64,000 bases of DNA from Candidatus Latescibacterota bacterium (GCA_965248355.1 OZ252098.1:1024001-1088000); one strand, 5' to 3'; counted from the first letter of the stretch, positions 1-9,994 are shown. Notes: generated by a model from the letters alone, not told the origin. Numbers and translations: made by a program.

Positions 1-1
1 G

Positions 2-964
2 ATGTACAACAAGATGTGGCGGGCGGGAGAGGAGGTGGACGGGCGCCGCGTCGACGGGGGGGAGGTGGTCTGGAGCCCATCCAACCTGCAGGACCGGGAA
101 TGGTGGTACTGGCGGGTGCGGGTCACGGACGACGTGGAGGTGCCGGACGCGGAGAGGCGTGATTACGGCCCGTGGTCGAAGACGGGGTACTTCTACACGA
201 ACTTCGGTGACGGCACACCGCCGTCAGGCGTGCCGGAGCGCGTCCTCGACGCCCTCGCCGACGTGGCGCGGAGAGCGGAGATGAAGGCTCACCCGTCTCG
301 AGCCCCGCCTGAACCGGCAGCCGCCGAGCCCAAGGCCGAGTTGCTCTGGCCCGCCCCGGGCGAGGTCGTGGCCACGCCGAATCCCAACTTCCACGCCCGC
401 GTGCCGGCGGTGCCGGACTCGCTCGAGCTCTACTTCGAGGTGGACAGGCTGCCCACCTTCGACGGGGAGTGGCTCCAGCGCTCCACGGACTGGCCCCTCA
501 TGTTCCTGGCCTTGTGGCGTGACGTGCGCTACACGGGCGACCGGCGCGACAACGACGGCGACGGCCTCGTCGACGAGGAGCTCTTCAACCTGGCCGACGA
601 CGATGGCGACGGGGTGGCCGACGAGGACTTCCGTCACCCCCTCGACGGCTGGAAGTGGCCCATCATGGTCTTCGGCGCCGGCTTCGGATTGGTCATGTAC
701 TTCGGCCTCTCCTTCCTCGGACTGCCCGTCTTCCTGATCTGGGGGTACGTGCAGAGCGTCCTGGGTATCCCCACCAGTCTCCTGCCCCAGATCTTCGGGG
801 CCCTCCTCGCCCGGTTCTACTTCTGGAAGCGCTACGGCAGGCAGGAATGGCGCCGCTACGCCATGGTGCTGACCGTCGGCTTCGGTGTGGGCATGTCCCT
901 CATCGGCATGTTCTGCGCCGCCCTGGCCATGGTCAGCAAGGCGGTCTCGGCCCTGCAGTACTGA
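2..964 (+). CDS. 5'-partial membrane protein; C-terminal TM region resembles OPT-type peptide transporters, with a large soluble insertion carrying DxDxDG repeats
   Basis: ORF open from the window edge; DNDGDGLVDE and DDDGDGVADE repeats followed by about three hydrophobic helices. Confidence 0.5.
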   Translation: MYNKMWRAGEEVDGRRVDGGEVVWSPSNLQDREWWYWRVRVTDDVEVPDAERRDYGPWSKTGYFYTNFGDGTPPSGVPERVLDALADVARRAEMKAHPSRAPPEPAAAEPKAELLWPAPGEVVATPNPNFHARVPAVPDSLELYFEVDRLPTFDGEWLQRSTDWPLMFLALWRDVRYTGDRRDNDGDGLVDEELFNLADDDGDGVADEDFRHPLDGWKWPIMVFGAGFGLVMYFGLSFLGLPVFLIWGYVQSVLGIPTSLLPQIFGALLARFYFWKRYGRQEWRRYAMVLTVGFGVGMSLIGMFCAALAMVSKAVSALQY

Positions 965-971
965 CAGCCCC

Positions 972-2078
972 TCAGGGGTGCTCTCCGGGACTCGCCATGC
1001 CATTGGCCCGCGGTCCCTTTTCCCGGCGCGAGCGGCGGCGCCGCTGCAACATGGTCGGAAGTCCGACGGCCAGGTAGGTGAGGTTGGCCAGGGCGTGGAC
1101 GGTCGTGGCGCAGGCCATGGCCGCCGCCAGGGGCACGGCGAAGAGCACGTGGAGGGAGTATCCGTAGAAGTAGTGGTATGGCCCCGTGCCGGCCGGCGCA
1201 GGGATCACCACCCCGATGGACGAGACGGCCATGACGACGAGGGACTCCGCCGCCCCCAGGACCCAGGGCGGGCGGTCGAAGCCGAAGGCCACGTACGACT
1301 GGTAGATGATCATGATGTACGCCAGGTTCAGCAGACAGGAGCTGACCAGGATCTCGAGGCAGGCGGAGGCGGAGCGGAGGGCCAGGAGTCCCTCGACGAA
1401 CCTTTCGAGCATGCCGCCCGCGCTCGAGGCCAGTCTCGGGGACACGCGGCCCAGCAACAGCTCAAGCGTGGAAACTCCGCGGTTCCCGAAGGCGTAGGCG
1501 AAGGCCATGCCGCCCACCACGAGAACGCAGACGGCGAGGACGCAGAGCGTGACCTGGTCCAGGGAAAGGCTCAGGGTGAGCCCCCAGAGGGTTGTCTCCC
1601 AGGGAAAGAGAGTGGCCATGCGTCCCGGCACGAGGACCAGGGAGAGAGCCAGCAGGGAGGCGAGGCACAGCAGGTCCAGCGCGCGCTCCACGACCACCGT
1701 GCCGAGGACCGCGCTGACGCTGGCGTCGCGGCGCCACTTGAGGCTCAGCGCCCGCGCCGCTTCTCCGGCCCGGGGAAAGACCAGGTTGGCGCTGTAGCAG
1801 ATGCCCAGGGCCAGAGTGGCGTCGACCACGGTCACCGCGGGCGCCACCGGGCGCAGCAAGACCACCCAGCGCCACCCGCGCAGCAGGAGGGTGAGAACGG
1901 TGGTGCCCGCCATGGCGGCCATCCACCACGGCGAGACCGCCCGCGCCGCCGTCCATAGGGACGCCCCGTCGATCCCCTGAAAGGCCCAGTAGAGGAAGAG
2001 GGCCATCAGGCCGAAGCCGACCGCGTATCGGGTGAGGCCCTTCACGCGGCGGCCCACCTCGAAGGGGCCCCGGTCCAC
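972..2078 (-). CDS. Lysylphosphatidylglycerol synthase TM-domain (UPF0104/flippase-like) protein
   Basis: Multi-TM; RGWRW, N-x-x-x-P-RAGE, VVERALD and PAPAGTG motifs; start uncertain. Confidence 0.8.
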   Translation of the reverse strand: MDRGPFEVGRRVKGLTRYAVGFGLMALFLYWAFQGIDGASLWTAARAVSPWWMAAMAGTTVLTLLLRGWRWVVLLRPVAPAVTVVDATLALGICYSANLVFPRAGEAARALSLKWRRDASVSAVLGTVVVERALDLLCLASLLALSLVLVPGRMATLFPWETTLWGLTLSLSLDQVTLCVLAVCVLVVGGMAFAYAFGNRGVSTLELLLGRVSPRLASSAGGMLERFVEGLLALRSASACLEILVSSCLLNLAYIMIIYQSYVAFGFDRPPWVLGAAESLVVMAVSSIGVVIPAPAGTGPYHYFYGYSLHVLFAVPLAAAMACATTVHALANLTYLAVGLPTMLQRRRRSRREKGPRANGMASPGEHP

Positions 2079-2085
2079 AGGCGGA

Positions 2086-2475
2086 TCAGGTGTAGACCTG
2101 GTCGGGGTCGAAGAGGCGCTCGTCCACCACTTCCCAGCGCTGCTGTTCGCCGTTCCAACGCCTGTAGTAGCAGGAGTAGTATCCTCGGAAACAGGCGGCT
2201 ACTTCCTGATCGACGCGAATCTCGAGGGAGTTGCCGTCGCAGTTGAGACGGATCTCGCGCACCCTCTGCACGTGTCCGGAGTCGACGCCCTTCTTCTGCA
2301 CCCGTTCCTTCGACCGCCGGTACACGTGCACCAGGCCCGTTTCGAGGGTGAGCTCCAGGGCCTCCCGGTTCAGGAAGCAGAGCACCAGGAGGCGTCCCGT
2401 TTCCCCATCGGTGACCGCCGCGGGCACCAGACCATCGGATCCGAACTCGACGTCGCCGGTGAGACTCATGGCCAC
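2086..2475 (-). CDS. hisI: Phosphoribosyl-AMP cyclohydrolase (divergent)
   Basis: GLVPA..D..TG, KG..SGHVQ.V, NCDGNSL and AC...SC motifs. Confidence 0.8.
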   Translation of the reverse strand: MAMSLTGDVEFGSDGLVPAAVTDGETGRLLVLCFLNREALELTLETGLVHVYRRSKERVQKKGVDSGHVQRVREIRLNCDGNSLEIRVDQEVAACFRGYYSCYYRRWNGEQQRWEVVDERLFDPDQVYT

Positions 2476-2520
2476 CTCATGGGGAGGGGATCTTCCCTTT
2501 TCTCAAGGAGACCGTCAACG

Positions 2521-3261
2521 TCACTCCAGGAGGTCTTCGGCCACGTCCGCCACGAGGGTGCCGGCGTTCTCTCCCTCGCAGATCCTCTCCACCGTGCCTG
2601 TCTCCGTGACGTCGAAGACGTGCAGGGGCAGGCCGTTGTCCCTGGCGAGGATGACGGCCGTCTGATCGATGACCCGCAGGTTGCGGCGCAGGATCGTGTT
2701 GTAGTGCATGCGCCGGTACATTCGCGCCTGCGGATCGGTCTTCGGATCGGAAGTGAACACCCCCCGGGCGTCGTTCTTGGCGTAGAGGATGGCGTTGGAG
2801 CGCGTCTCGAGGGCGCGCTGCACGGCCGGGTAGTCGGTGGTCAGGTACGGCTGGCCGAGCCCCCCGGCGAAGATGACCACGTACCCCTTGTCCAGATGGT
2901 GGATCGCCCGCAGACGGATATAGGGTTCGGCCACGGTGTTGATCTCGATCGCCGTCATCACCCGGACCTCCACGTCGCCCCCGGACTTGGACGTCAGCAC
3001 GCCGCGCAGCATCAGGCTGTTCACCACGGTGCCCATCATGCCGATGTTGTCGGCCTCGGCGCGCTCGATGCCCCAGTTCGAGGAGAGGTCGCCGCGGAAG
3101 ATGTTTCCGCCCCCGATAACGACCGAGACCTGCACCCCGCAAGCGTGAAGGCGGAGCACTTCGTTGGCGATGTGGTCGAGGGCGGCGTGATCGAATCCGT
3201 ATTCCTGCCCGCCGGAGACCGCCTCGCCGCTGAGTTTGAGAGTCACGCGTCGGTAGCGCAT
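2521..3261 (-). CDS. pyrH: UMP kinase
   Basis: LKLSGE, VIGGGNIFRG, GVFTSDP, VIDQTA motifs. Confidence 0.9.
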   Translation of the reverse strand: MRYRRVTLKLSGEAVSGGQEYGFDHAALDHIANEVLRLHACGVQVSVVIGGGNIFRGDLSSNWGIERAEADNIGMMGTVVNSLMLRGVLTSKSGGDVEVRVMTAIEINTVAEPYIRLRAIHHLDKGYVVIFAGGLGQPYLTTDYPAVQRALETRSNAILYAKNDARGVFTSDPKTDPQARMYRRMHYNTILRRNLRVIDQTAVILARDNGLPLHVFDVTETGTVERICEGENAGTLVADVAEDLLE

Positions 3262-3295
3262 GGATGCCTGGGAACAGGGTTGGACGGGAAGGAAC

Positions 3296-4792
3296 TCAAA
3301 GAAGGGGACTCTTCTCGACCTGGTTCGCCGCCGGCCACCTGGCCACCAGGTCGTCCACGCGGCGCGAGAACCGATCGACCTGATCGGCGGCGAGCCCCAC
3401 GAAGTCGGCGCTGCGGGACAGCAAGTCTTCGATCTGGTCCGTGCTCAGGGGCACCCGGTCGTCGCCACCGAGGCGCCGGGCCAGGTCGTTGTCCGTGGCG
3501 CCATGTTCCCGCAAGGCCAGGGCGGCCGCCACCGCGTGCTCCCCGATGGCTTCGTGGACCTCCTCTCGGCCTCCGCCTCGGCGGAGGGATTCCATCAGCA
3601 GCGTCGTCGTGGCCAGGAAGGGCAGGTAGCGCTCGAGCTCGCGTGCCAGGACCACCTCGTACACGCCCATGTCATCGACGACGTGAAGGGCCGTCTCCAG
3701 CAGGCCGTCGAAGGCGAAGAAGCTGTCGGGCAGGGCCACGCGGCGCACGACCGAGCAGGAGACGTCGCCCTCGAACCACTGGTCTCCCACGAGGCCGCCG
3801 AGCATGTGCACGTAGCCGCCAAGGACGACCTGCAGGCCGTTGATCCGCTCGGCGCTGCGCGTGTTCATCTTGTGCGGCATGGCCGAGGAGCCCACCTGGC
3901 CGCGGGCGAAGCCCTCGGTGGCGCTCTCCGCCCCGGCCATCAGCCGCAGGGTGCGGGCCAGGTTGGCCATGCCGCCGCCCATCTGGTAGAGGCAGCTCAC
4001 AACCTCGAAGTCGAGGCCGCGAGGGTAGATCTGTCCCACCGATTCGATCCGGCCCTCGAACCCGAGATGAGCCCGGACTCGTTCCTGCAACTCCTCCACC
4101 TTGTCCGCCTCGCCTTCGAACAGGGTGAGCTGGTCGAGTCCGGTGCCCACGGCGCCCTGCAGACCCCGCAATGGGTACGAGCCGATGAGAGAATCGAGCC
4201 GCCGGAAGGCGATCAGCATCTCCTCGCCGAAGGCTGCCAGACGCTTGCCCATGGTCGTCGGCTGGGCCGCTGCGTGGTGGGTGCGAGCCACGATGGGCAG
4301 ATCCCGCCACTCGACGGCCCGGCTCCGGAGGCGTTCGAGGAGGTGGACGTACTTGGGGGCCAGCAGGCGCAGGCTGGTGAGGACCTGGAACTGCTCGGCG
4401 TTGTCCGTCAGGTCCCGGCTCGTCATGCCCTTGTGGATCTGCTCGTGGCCGGCCAGGGCGCAGAACTCCTCGATGCGGGCTTTCACGTCGTGGCGGGTCC
4501 GGGCCTCGCGGCGGCGGATCGAGACGAGATCGACCTGATCGGCCACCGCCTCGTAGGCCTCGACGGCGCCGGACGGCACCTCGAGCCCGAGGTCGCCCTG
4601 AGCCTTGAGCACGGCGATCCAGAGGCGCCGCTCGAGCCGTACCTTGCCCTCTTCCGACCACACCGCCCGCACCGCGGGACTGGCGTAGCGGCTGGCCAGT
4701 ACGTTCGGATTCGAGTCCGGCCTTGGGTGAGTCAAGATTCGAGTTCTGGGGACCGGGGAGAGCGCCAGCGGGAACGACGGAAAAGGAATCAT
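3296..4792 (-). CDS. purB: Adenylosuccinate lyase
   Basis: TRHDVKA, AQPTTMGKR, GSSAMPHKMN signature; true start probably somewhat downstream of 4792. Confidence 0.93.
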   Translation of the reverse strand: MIPFPSFPLALSPVPRTRILTHPRPDSNPNVLASRYASPAVRAVWSEEGKVRLERRLWIAVLKAQGDLGLEVPSGAVEAYEAVADQVDLVSIRRREARTRHDVKARIEEFCALAGHEQIHKGMTSRDLTDNAEQFQVLTSLRLLAPKYVHLLERLRSRAVEWRDLPIVARTHHAAAQPTTMGKRLAAFGEEMLIAFRRLDSLIGSYPLRGLQGAVGTGLDQLTLFEGEADKVEELQERVRAHLGFEGRIESVGQIYPRGLDFEVVSCLYQMGGGMANLARTLRLMAGAESATEGFARGQVGSSAMPHKMNTRSAERINGLQVVLGGYVHMLGGLVGDQWFEGDVSCSVVRRVALPDSFFAFDGLLETALHVVDDMGVYEVVLARELERYLPFLATTTLLMESLRRGGGREEVHEAIGEHAVAAALALREHGATDNDLARRLGGDDRVPLSTDQIEDLLSRSADFVGLAADQVDRFSRRVDDLVARWPAANQVEKSPLL

Positions 4793-4844
4793 AGCGATTC
4801 CCTCATCCAGTCGCTACCGACCCGGCCGGCAGCTCCGCCGTGCG

Positions 4845-6245
4845 CTACATAGGGCCTGCCCAGCGCCAGTACAGCACGTTCAGCGGTGCCAGCAGGAGCA
4901 GGGACAGCGAGGAAATCAGGAACATGGAGGTGGCCAGCTGGCGGGGGGTAAGGGTGCCGTACCCGAGGGCGACCATGAACGGAGCCGACTGGTAGGGAAG
5001 GAAGGCCACCGTCGTGGCCATGGCCACGCTCAGGGCGCTGGCCAGCGGCCCGAGCCCTGCCCTCGATCCCACCTCGAGGAGGCTGGGTGTGGCCACGGCC
5101 CCCACGGCGGCGATGTCCATCAGGAAATCGAGGGGCACGGCCGCGGCGGTCAGCCTCAGGTGCGGATCGAGCCAACCTCCGGCCACCCCGCCCAGGAGGT
5201 CGATCACTCCCGACAGCAGGCGCCCGCTGAAGCCCGTTTCATCGAGGACGGCGCCGATTCCGAAGAGGGCCGCCAGATAGAAGAAGAAGGGGAAGTCCAC
5301 CTGGCGCAGACGCTGCGGCGCCAGGATCCCCAGGCCCGGCGTGACGGCCACGAGGACGAGTCCGAGGCCGACGAGTACCGGAGGGAAGCCGTGGACCACG
5401 TCGCTGGCCCACAGGGCGACGCCCACCAGCATCAGGAACAGGGCGCGTCGCTGTTGCGGGTTGGAGACGTGGGGGGGCGACGCCGGTCCCTGCGCGGGGA
5501 GGGGCCGCAGGCGCCGACCCCAGAGCACCCAGATCACGGCCGCGCACAAGAGGGTGCGCAGCGCCCCGATGACGGGGAACATCCAGAGCAGCCATTCGCC
5601 CCAGTAGACGACGCGGCCCGTGACGGCTTCCAACTGGCCCGCCACGATGATGTTCGGCACGGTGCCCGTGAGGATGCCGGCACCGCCGTAGTACGTGCCG
5701 TACAGGATCGACAGGGTCACGACCGGAGGCAGTGCGGGATCCTCGCCCTCGGGGTCGAGAGCGCGGATCAGGGCGGTTGCAACCGGCATCAGCAGCAGGA
5801 CGCGCACCACGCCGGAAGGAACGAGGAAGGCGGCCATCAGGCCGAGAGCGTGCAGACCGAGGAGCAGTTGCAGGCGGCCTCCGGCCAGCACGGGAAGGGA
5901 CGCCCTCGCGAGTCGATCTCCGAGGCCGCTCGCCGAGACCATCAGACTGAGGACCATCCCGGAGAACACGAGCCAGATGGTGGACCCCGCGAATGGCGCG
6001 AAAGTCTGGCCGAAGTCGAGCAGGCCGCTCCCCGGAAGCAGCACCAGCACGGCGAGCGAGGTCCAGGAAATCGGTACGGGCTGAGCCGTCCACAGGAGCA
6101 GGGCGAAGAGAGTGATCCCGAGGGCCCGCTGCTGCGCTGCCGGCAGCCATTCCAGGGGCGCCAGGAATCCGGCCGCCAGAAGGACCACCGCCGCCGCGCC
6201 GATCCAGCGGGCCGCACCGGTCTCCGCCCGGGGGCCCATCAGCAC
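4845..6245 (-). CDS. SLC13/DASS-family anion permease
   Basis: Many TM helices; VPS..R, LTGTVPNII and FLPYQSAP motifs. Confidence 0.75.
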   Translation of the reverse strand: MLMGPRAETGAARWIGAAAVVLLAAGFLAPLEWLPAAQQRALGITLFALLLWTAQPVPISWTSLAVLVLLPGSGLLDFGQTFAPFAGSTIWLVFSGMVLSLMVSASGLGDRLARASLPVLAGGRLQLLLGLHALGLMAAFLVPSGVVRVLLLMPVATALIRALDPEGEDPALPPVVTLSILYGTYYGGAGILTGTVPNIIVAGQLEAVTGRVVYWGEWLLWMFPVIGALRTLLCAAVIWVLWGRRLRPLPAQGPASPPHVSNPQQRRALFLMLVGVALWASDVVHGFPPVLVGLGLVLVAVTPGLGILAPQRLRQVDFPFFFYLAALFGIGAVLDETGFSGRLLSGVIDLLGGVAGGWLDPHLRLTAAAVPLDFLMDIAAVGAVATPSLLEVGSRAGLGPLASALSVAMATTVAFLPYQSAPFMVALGYGTLTPRQLATSMFLISSLSLLLLAPLNVLYWRWAGPM

Positions 6246-6297
6246 CCGGGTCCGGGGGCCTGCCGCTCGAACCGGTTCCCGGTGGCTCCCACGCTTG

Positions 6298-7605
6298 TCA
6301 GTCCAGGGCGAACAGGCTGAGGGCGGGGACGTAGGTGATGACCAGCAGACAGACCAGCAGGATCAGCAGGAAAGGCAGGGAGGCCCGGTAGAGACTGAGG
6401 ATGGGGCGCTCGAAACGGGCGCTGGCGATGAACAGGTTCAGCCCCACCGGCGGAGTGGAGTAGCCGATCTCCAGGTTCGCCAGGAAGATGATTCCGAGAT
6501 GCACGGGGTGGATGTCGTAGGCCGCGGCGACCGGGAGAATCAGGGGAACGACGACGACGAGGGCGGAGAACATGTCGATCATGCAGCCCACGGCGAGGAG
6601 AAACAGGTTCAGCAGGATCAGGAAGACGAGTCGGCTCTCGATCCCTTCCTGAACGGTCCCCAGCAGGCGGGCGGGGATCTCGGCGTCGATCAGATAGGAG
6701 GTGTAGGCCATCGAGGCGGCTAGGATCAGGTAGATGCCGCCCACGAGGACCATCGTCTCCCGGATGATTCCCGGGAGCTGGGCGGGCCGGATCTCGCGGC
6801 GCACGACCATCTCCACCACGACCACGTACATGGCGCTCAGGGCGGCGGCCTCGCTGACGGCGATGAACCCGGAGTAGATGCCCCCGATCACGGCTGCGGG
6901 GAGCAGCAGCTCCCAGGCCGCGTCGAGGCAGGCGGAGACCGCTTCGGAAGGGGCCCCTACCGAACGGTTCCCCTGGACTTCCCCCGTCGGCTGTCCGCCG
7001 TCGGGCGAGACGGGGGTGCGGCCCACGCGCCGGCCCACGACGAGGCCGTACCCCGCGAGGGCCAGGACCAGCAGCAGTCCGGGCGCCAGGCCGGCGATGA
7101 ACAGCTGATCGATGGGTGTCTCGGAGACGATGCCGTAGAGGATCAGGGGAATGCTCGGCGGGAACAGCAGTCCCAGGCTCCCGGAGGTCGTCAGCAGCCC
7201 GAGGGAGAAGGACTCGGGGTAACGGCCTTGTTGCAGGGCGGGGAACAGCAGCCCGCCCACCGCGATGATCGTCATCCCCGAGGCGCCGGTAAAGGCGGTC
7301 AGCAGGGCGCATAGCGAGAGGGCCATGATCGCCAGCCCTCCCGGCAGCCACCAGAGGAGCGCCTCCGACAGCCGGACGAGACGTCGGGCCGCTCCGCTCT
7401 CGGCCAGCAGAAAACCGCTGAAGGCGAACAGGGGTATCGCCGTCAAGGCCGGTTCATCGGCAAGACGGTACATCTCGATGAACAGCACGGTCAGGTCGAC
7501 GCCGTCGGAGGCGAAGGCGATCAGGGCCAGGACCGCGATCACCACGAACAAAGGCGTCCCGACCGCTACGAGCAGGAGTCCCGTCAGGGAGGTCAGGGAG
7601 GACAC
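6298..7605 (-). CDS. dctM: TRAP transporter large permease (DctM)
   Basis: AIPLF, FTGASG, LGLLFPPSIPLILYG, TPPVGLNLF. Confidence 0.92.
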   Translation of the reverse strand: MSSLTSLTGLLLVAVGTPLFVVIAVLALIAFASDGVDLTVLFIEMYRLADEPALTAIPLFAFSGFLLAESGAARRLVRLSEALLWWLPGGLAIMALSLCALLTAFTGASGMTIIAVGGLLFPALQQGRYPESFSLGLLTTSGSLGLLFPPSIPLILYGIVSETPIDQLFIAGLAPGLLLVLALAGYGLVVGRRVGRTPVSPDGGQPTGEVQGNRSVGAPSEAVSACLDAAWELLLPAAVIGGIYSGFIAVSEAAALSAMYVVVVEMVVRREIRPAQLPGIIRETMVLVGGIYLILAASMAYTSYLIDAEIPARLLGTVQEGIESRLVFLILLNLFLLAVGCMIDMFSALVVVVPLILPVAAAYDIHPVHLGIIFLANLEIGYSTPPVGLNLFIASARFERPILSLYRASLPFLLILLVCLLVITYVPALSLFALD

Positions 7606-7606
7606 G

Positions 7607-8095
7607 TCATTCGGGCTCTGAGCCCCGCAGCCTTCGCCAGCCGTTGATCAGGAAGCGCAGGCCCATGCCGGCGAACACGAAGGGAAAGACGAGCTGGGCG
7701 ACCCAGGCCGGCATGCCGGGGAAGGCCTCGGCTCCGTAGGCCCGCTCGTCGAGGACGAAGCGCAGGGCGATGGGGGCCAGGATCCCGCAGAGGACGGCAC
7801 CGGTCAGGTCACCGAGGGCACCTGCGGTACGCTGCCAGCGGGAGGGGAGCAGACGCAACACCGCGTCGATGCGGATGTGCCGGTCCTGTCGGGTCGCGAT
7901 CAAGGCGCCGAGAAAGCTGGACCAGAGAACGAGGTGACGCAGCAGCGGATCGGCCCAGAACCAGGTCACCTGGAACAGATTGCGCATCAGGATCTGCGCG
8001 AAGGCGAGACCGAGGAGGCAGGCCACGAGGGCGACGAGAACCGCCTCCTCGGCGCGTAGATGGAGGGGCCGGCGCGCCGGGCCGGGGTTCTTCAT
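7607..8095 (-). CDS. dctQ: TRAP transporter small permease (DctQ)
   Basis: 4 TM; LW..FLGA..A...HIRID; start at MKNPGP overlaps the dctP stop. Confidence 0.88.
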   Translation of the reverse strand: MKNPGPARRPLHLRAEEAVLVALVACLLGLAFAQILMRNLFQVTWFWADPLLRHLVLWSSFLGALIATRQDRHIRIDAVLRLLPSRWQRTAGALGDLTGAVLCGILAPIALRFVLDERAYGAEAFPGMPAWVAQLVFPFVFAGMGLRFLINGWRRLRGSEPE

Positions 8096-9150
8096 CCCCC
8101 GTCCTGCCGCCGGAACTCCGCCAGGTGTCGCAGGATCTTCTCGTACACGGGTGCGGAGAAGGCACCGCCCACGAGCTCGGCCTTCGACTCCTCGACCAGG
8201 GACCGGAAGGACGCGACCTCGGCCTCTGACGGCGTGACCGGCTGCAGGCCCTCCGCCCGCATCACCCGCAAGGCTTCCTCGTTGTCGCCGCGCCCTCGCA
8301 GATTGTGCTCGTGGATGCGGGTGGCGGCGATGCCCGTGAGGAGCTCCTGGTGCTCCGCGGACAGAGCGTCGAAGTACTTGCGATGCAGGACGAAAGCGCC
8401 AAGGGTGTAGTTGATCGGCAGATCGGTGTAGTATCGAACCCGCGTGAACCACTGAAGGAGGATGGCCGCCGCCGGAGAGGCGTAGACCACGTCCACGAGG
8501 TTCGTCTGCAAGCCGAGCAGCACGTCCGGAATCGACAGGGGAACCGAAGTGACGCCCGCCTTCTCGAAGAGCACCTCGGTGATCGGCTCACCCTGCAATC
8601 TCCAGACCTTCGGACCCCGGAGATCTCCGGTACCTCGAACCGGCTCCCTTGACAGCAGGTGCACGAAGCCGATGTCGGCCCAGCCGAGGAGGACGTATCC
8701 CTGCTCGAGAAAGAGGGCCTGGAAGTCATCTTCCGTCTGTGTCAGGACGTAGTCGATCTCCTCGTAGCGATCGAACAGAAAGGGCATTTCCAGGGCGAGC
8801 ACCTCCCGGCAGACGCGGCTCACGCCGGTGCCCCCGAGGGCGGCGCCCTGAAGCTGGCCGATACGGATCTTGCGCAGCATCACCTCTTCGTCGCCCTGCA
8901 CCCCTCCCGGATAGATGCGCAGCCCCAGGCCGTCGCTTGTGGCGGCTCTCAGGTCTGCGTCCATCTCGCGCAGCGCCCGGGTCCAGCCGCTGCCTTCGGG
9001 CGCGAGGGTGGCGAGCTTGAGAATCGTGGCCCCTTCCGCCGGGGGCGGCCCCGGAACGGCCAGGGCCAGGCTCGCGGCCAGGGCCGCCAGCAGCTCCCGC
9101 AGGGACCGCCGCCGCTCTGGGAGGACTTCAGAAGTAGTCATCGATTCCAT
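8092..9150 (-). CDS. dctP: TRAP substrate-binding protein (DctP/TatP)
   Basis: Signal peptide, LKLATLAPEGSGW, IYPGGVQGDE. Confidence 0.9.
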   Translation of the reverse strand: MESMTTSEVLPERRRSLRELLAALAASLALAVPGPPPAEGATILKLATLAPEGSGWTRALREMDADLRAATSDGLGLRIYPGGVQGDEEVMLRKIRIGQLQGAALGGTGVSRVCREVLALEMPFLFDRYEEIDYVLTQTEDDFQALFLEQGYVLLGWADIGFVHLLSREPVRGTGDLRGPKVWRLQGEPITEVLFEKAGVTSVPLSIPDVLLGLQTNLVDVVYASPAAAILLQWFTRVRYYTDLPINYTLGAFVLHRKYFDALSAEHQELLTGIAATRIHEHNLRGRGDNEEALRVMRAEGLQPVTPSEAEVASFRSLVEESKAELVGGAFSAPVYEKILRHLAEFRRQDGG

Positions 9151-9994
9151 CCAGGAGGCGGCGGGCCTGGCGTTGGGCGGCCGCGTTCTGCAGGGTGAGC
9201 TCCGGCACCTCGTCGACGGGGCGATGGAGGACCTCCAGCAGCAATTCCTCGTAGAGCTGTCGGTCGAAGATCTGCCGTGCGTAGTAGCGGGCCATCTGGA
9301 CCAGCACCATCAGGTCCTTCCGTTCACTGAGCTCGAGAGCCCGGGCGAAGTGCCCGAGCGAACGCTCCGGATCGCCGCCCAGCATCGGCGGCCGAGCGGC
9401 GTGATAGATGCCCAGGAAGACGTGAGGACCGCCCCCTCGGTAGGCTTCGTTCCGCTCGAGAGCCCACTCCATCAGATAGATGACCCTCGGGAGCTGGGCC
9501 AGTGCCGCCATCGACTCCAGATGGGTGCCGATCCAGGCGCCCCAGGCGCTGGCGGTCCAGAAGACCCAGGGCAGATCGTCCTCCCTCAGATGCCGGTCCA
9601 GCAGGGAGAACTCTACGAATGGCGCCTCCCGCAGCCCTTCGAGCGCCGGCCTTCGCGCCACGAGACCATCCCATCCATAGTCCCTGGCGCGGCGGTACAG
9701 GCGGCCGGCCCTGGGCGCGTCGTCCAGCTCGATCAACGCCGCATAGGCGGTGTAGCCCTCGGCGGCCGCCAGCAGAAGCTCGTCGTCGTCCGGGTCGGCC
9801 TCTATGAGACCTTCGAGGAGCACCAGAAAGGTGGGCACCGCCTGGGCCACGAGATCGATGTCGTCGTGCCGGGCGGACGCCGCCGCCACCTGTTCTCTCA
9901 GGCTGCCCATGGCGGCGGATCGGAGGTATCCGCAGGAAGAGGCCAAGCCACAGATGAGGATGGCGCAGAGCAGGAATCGCTCCTGGCGGCGCAT
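9128..9994 (-). CDS. TRAP TatT component lipoprotein
   Basis: Lipobox-like LASSC, helical repeats, RPPMLGGDPE motif, directly upstream of dctPQM. Confidence 0.8.
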   Translation of the reverse strand: MRRQERFLLCAILICGLASSCGYLRSAAMGSLREQVAAASARHDDIDLVAQAVPTFLVLLEGLIEADPDDDELLLAAAEGYTAYAALIELDDAPRAGRLYRRARDYGWDGLVARRPALEGLREAPFVEFSLLDRHLREDDLPWVFWTASAWGAWIGTHLESMAALAQLPRVIYLMEWALERNEAYRGGGPHVFLGIYHAARPPMLGGDPERSLGHFARALELSERKDLMVLVQMARYYARQIFDRQLYEELLLEVLHRPVDEVPELTLQNAAAQRQARRLLDGIDDYF

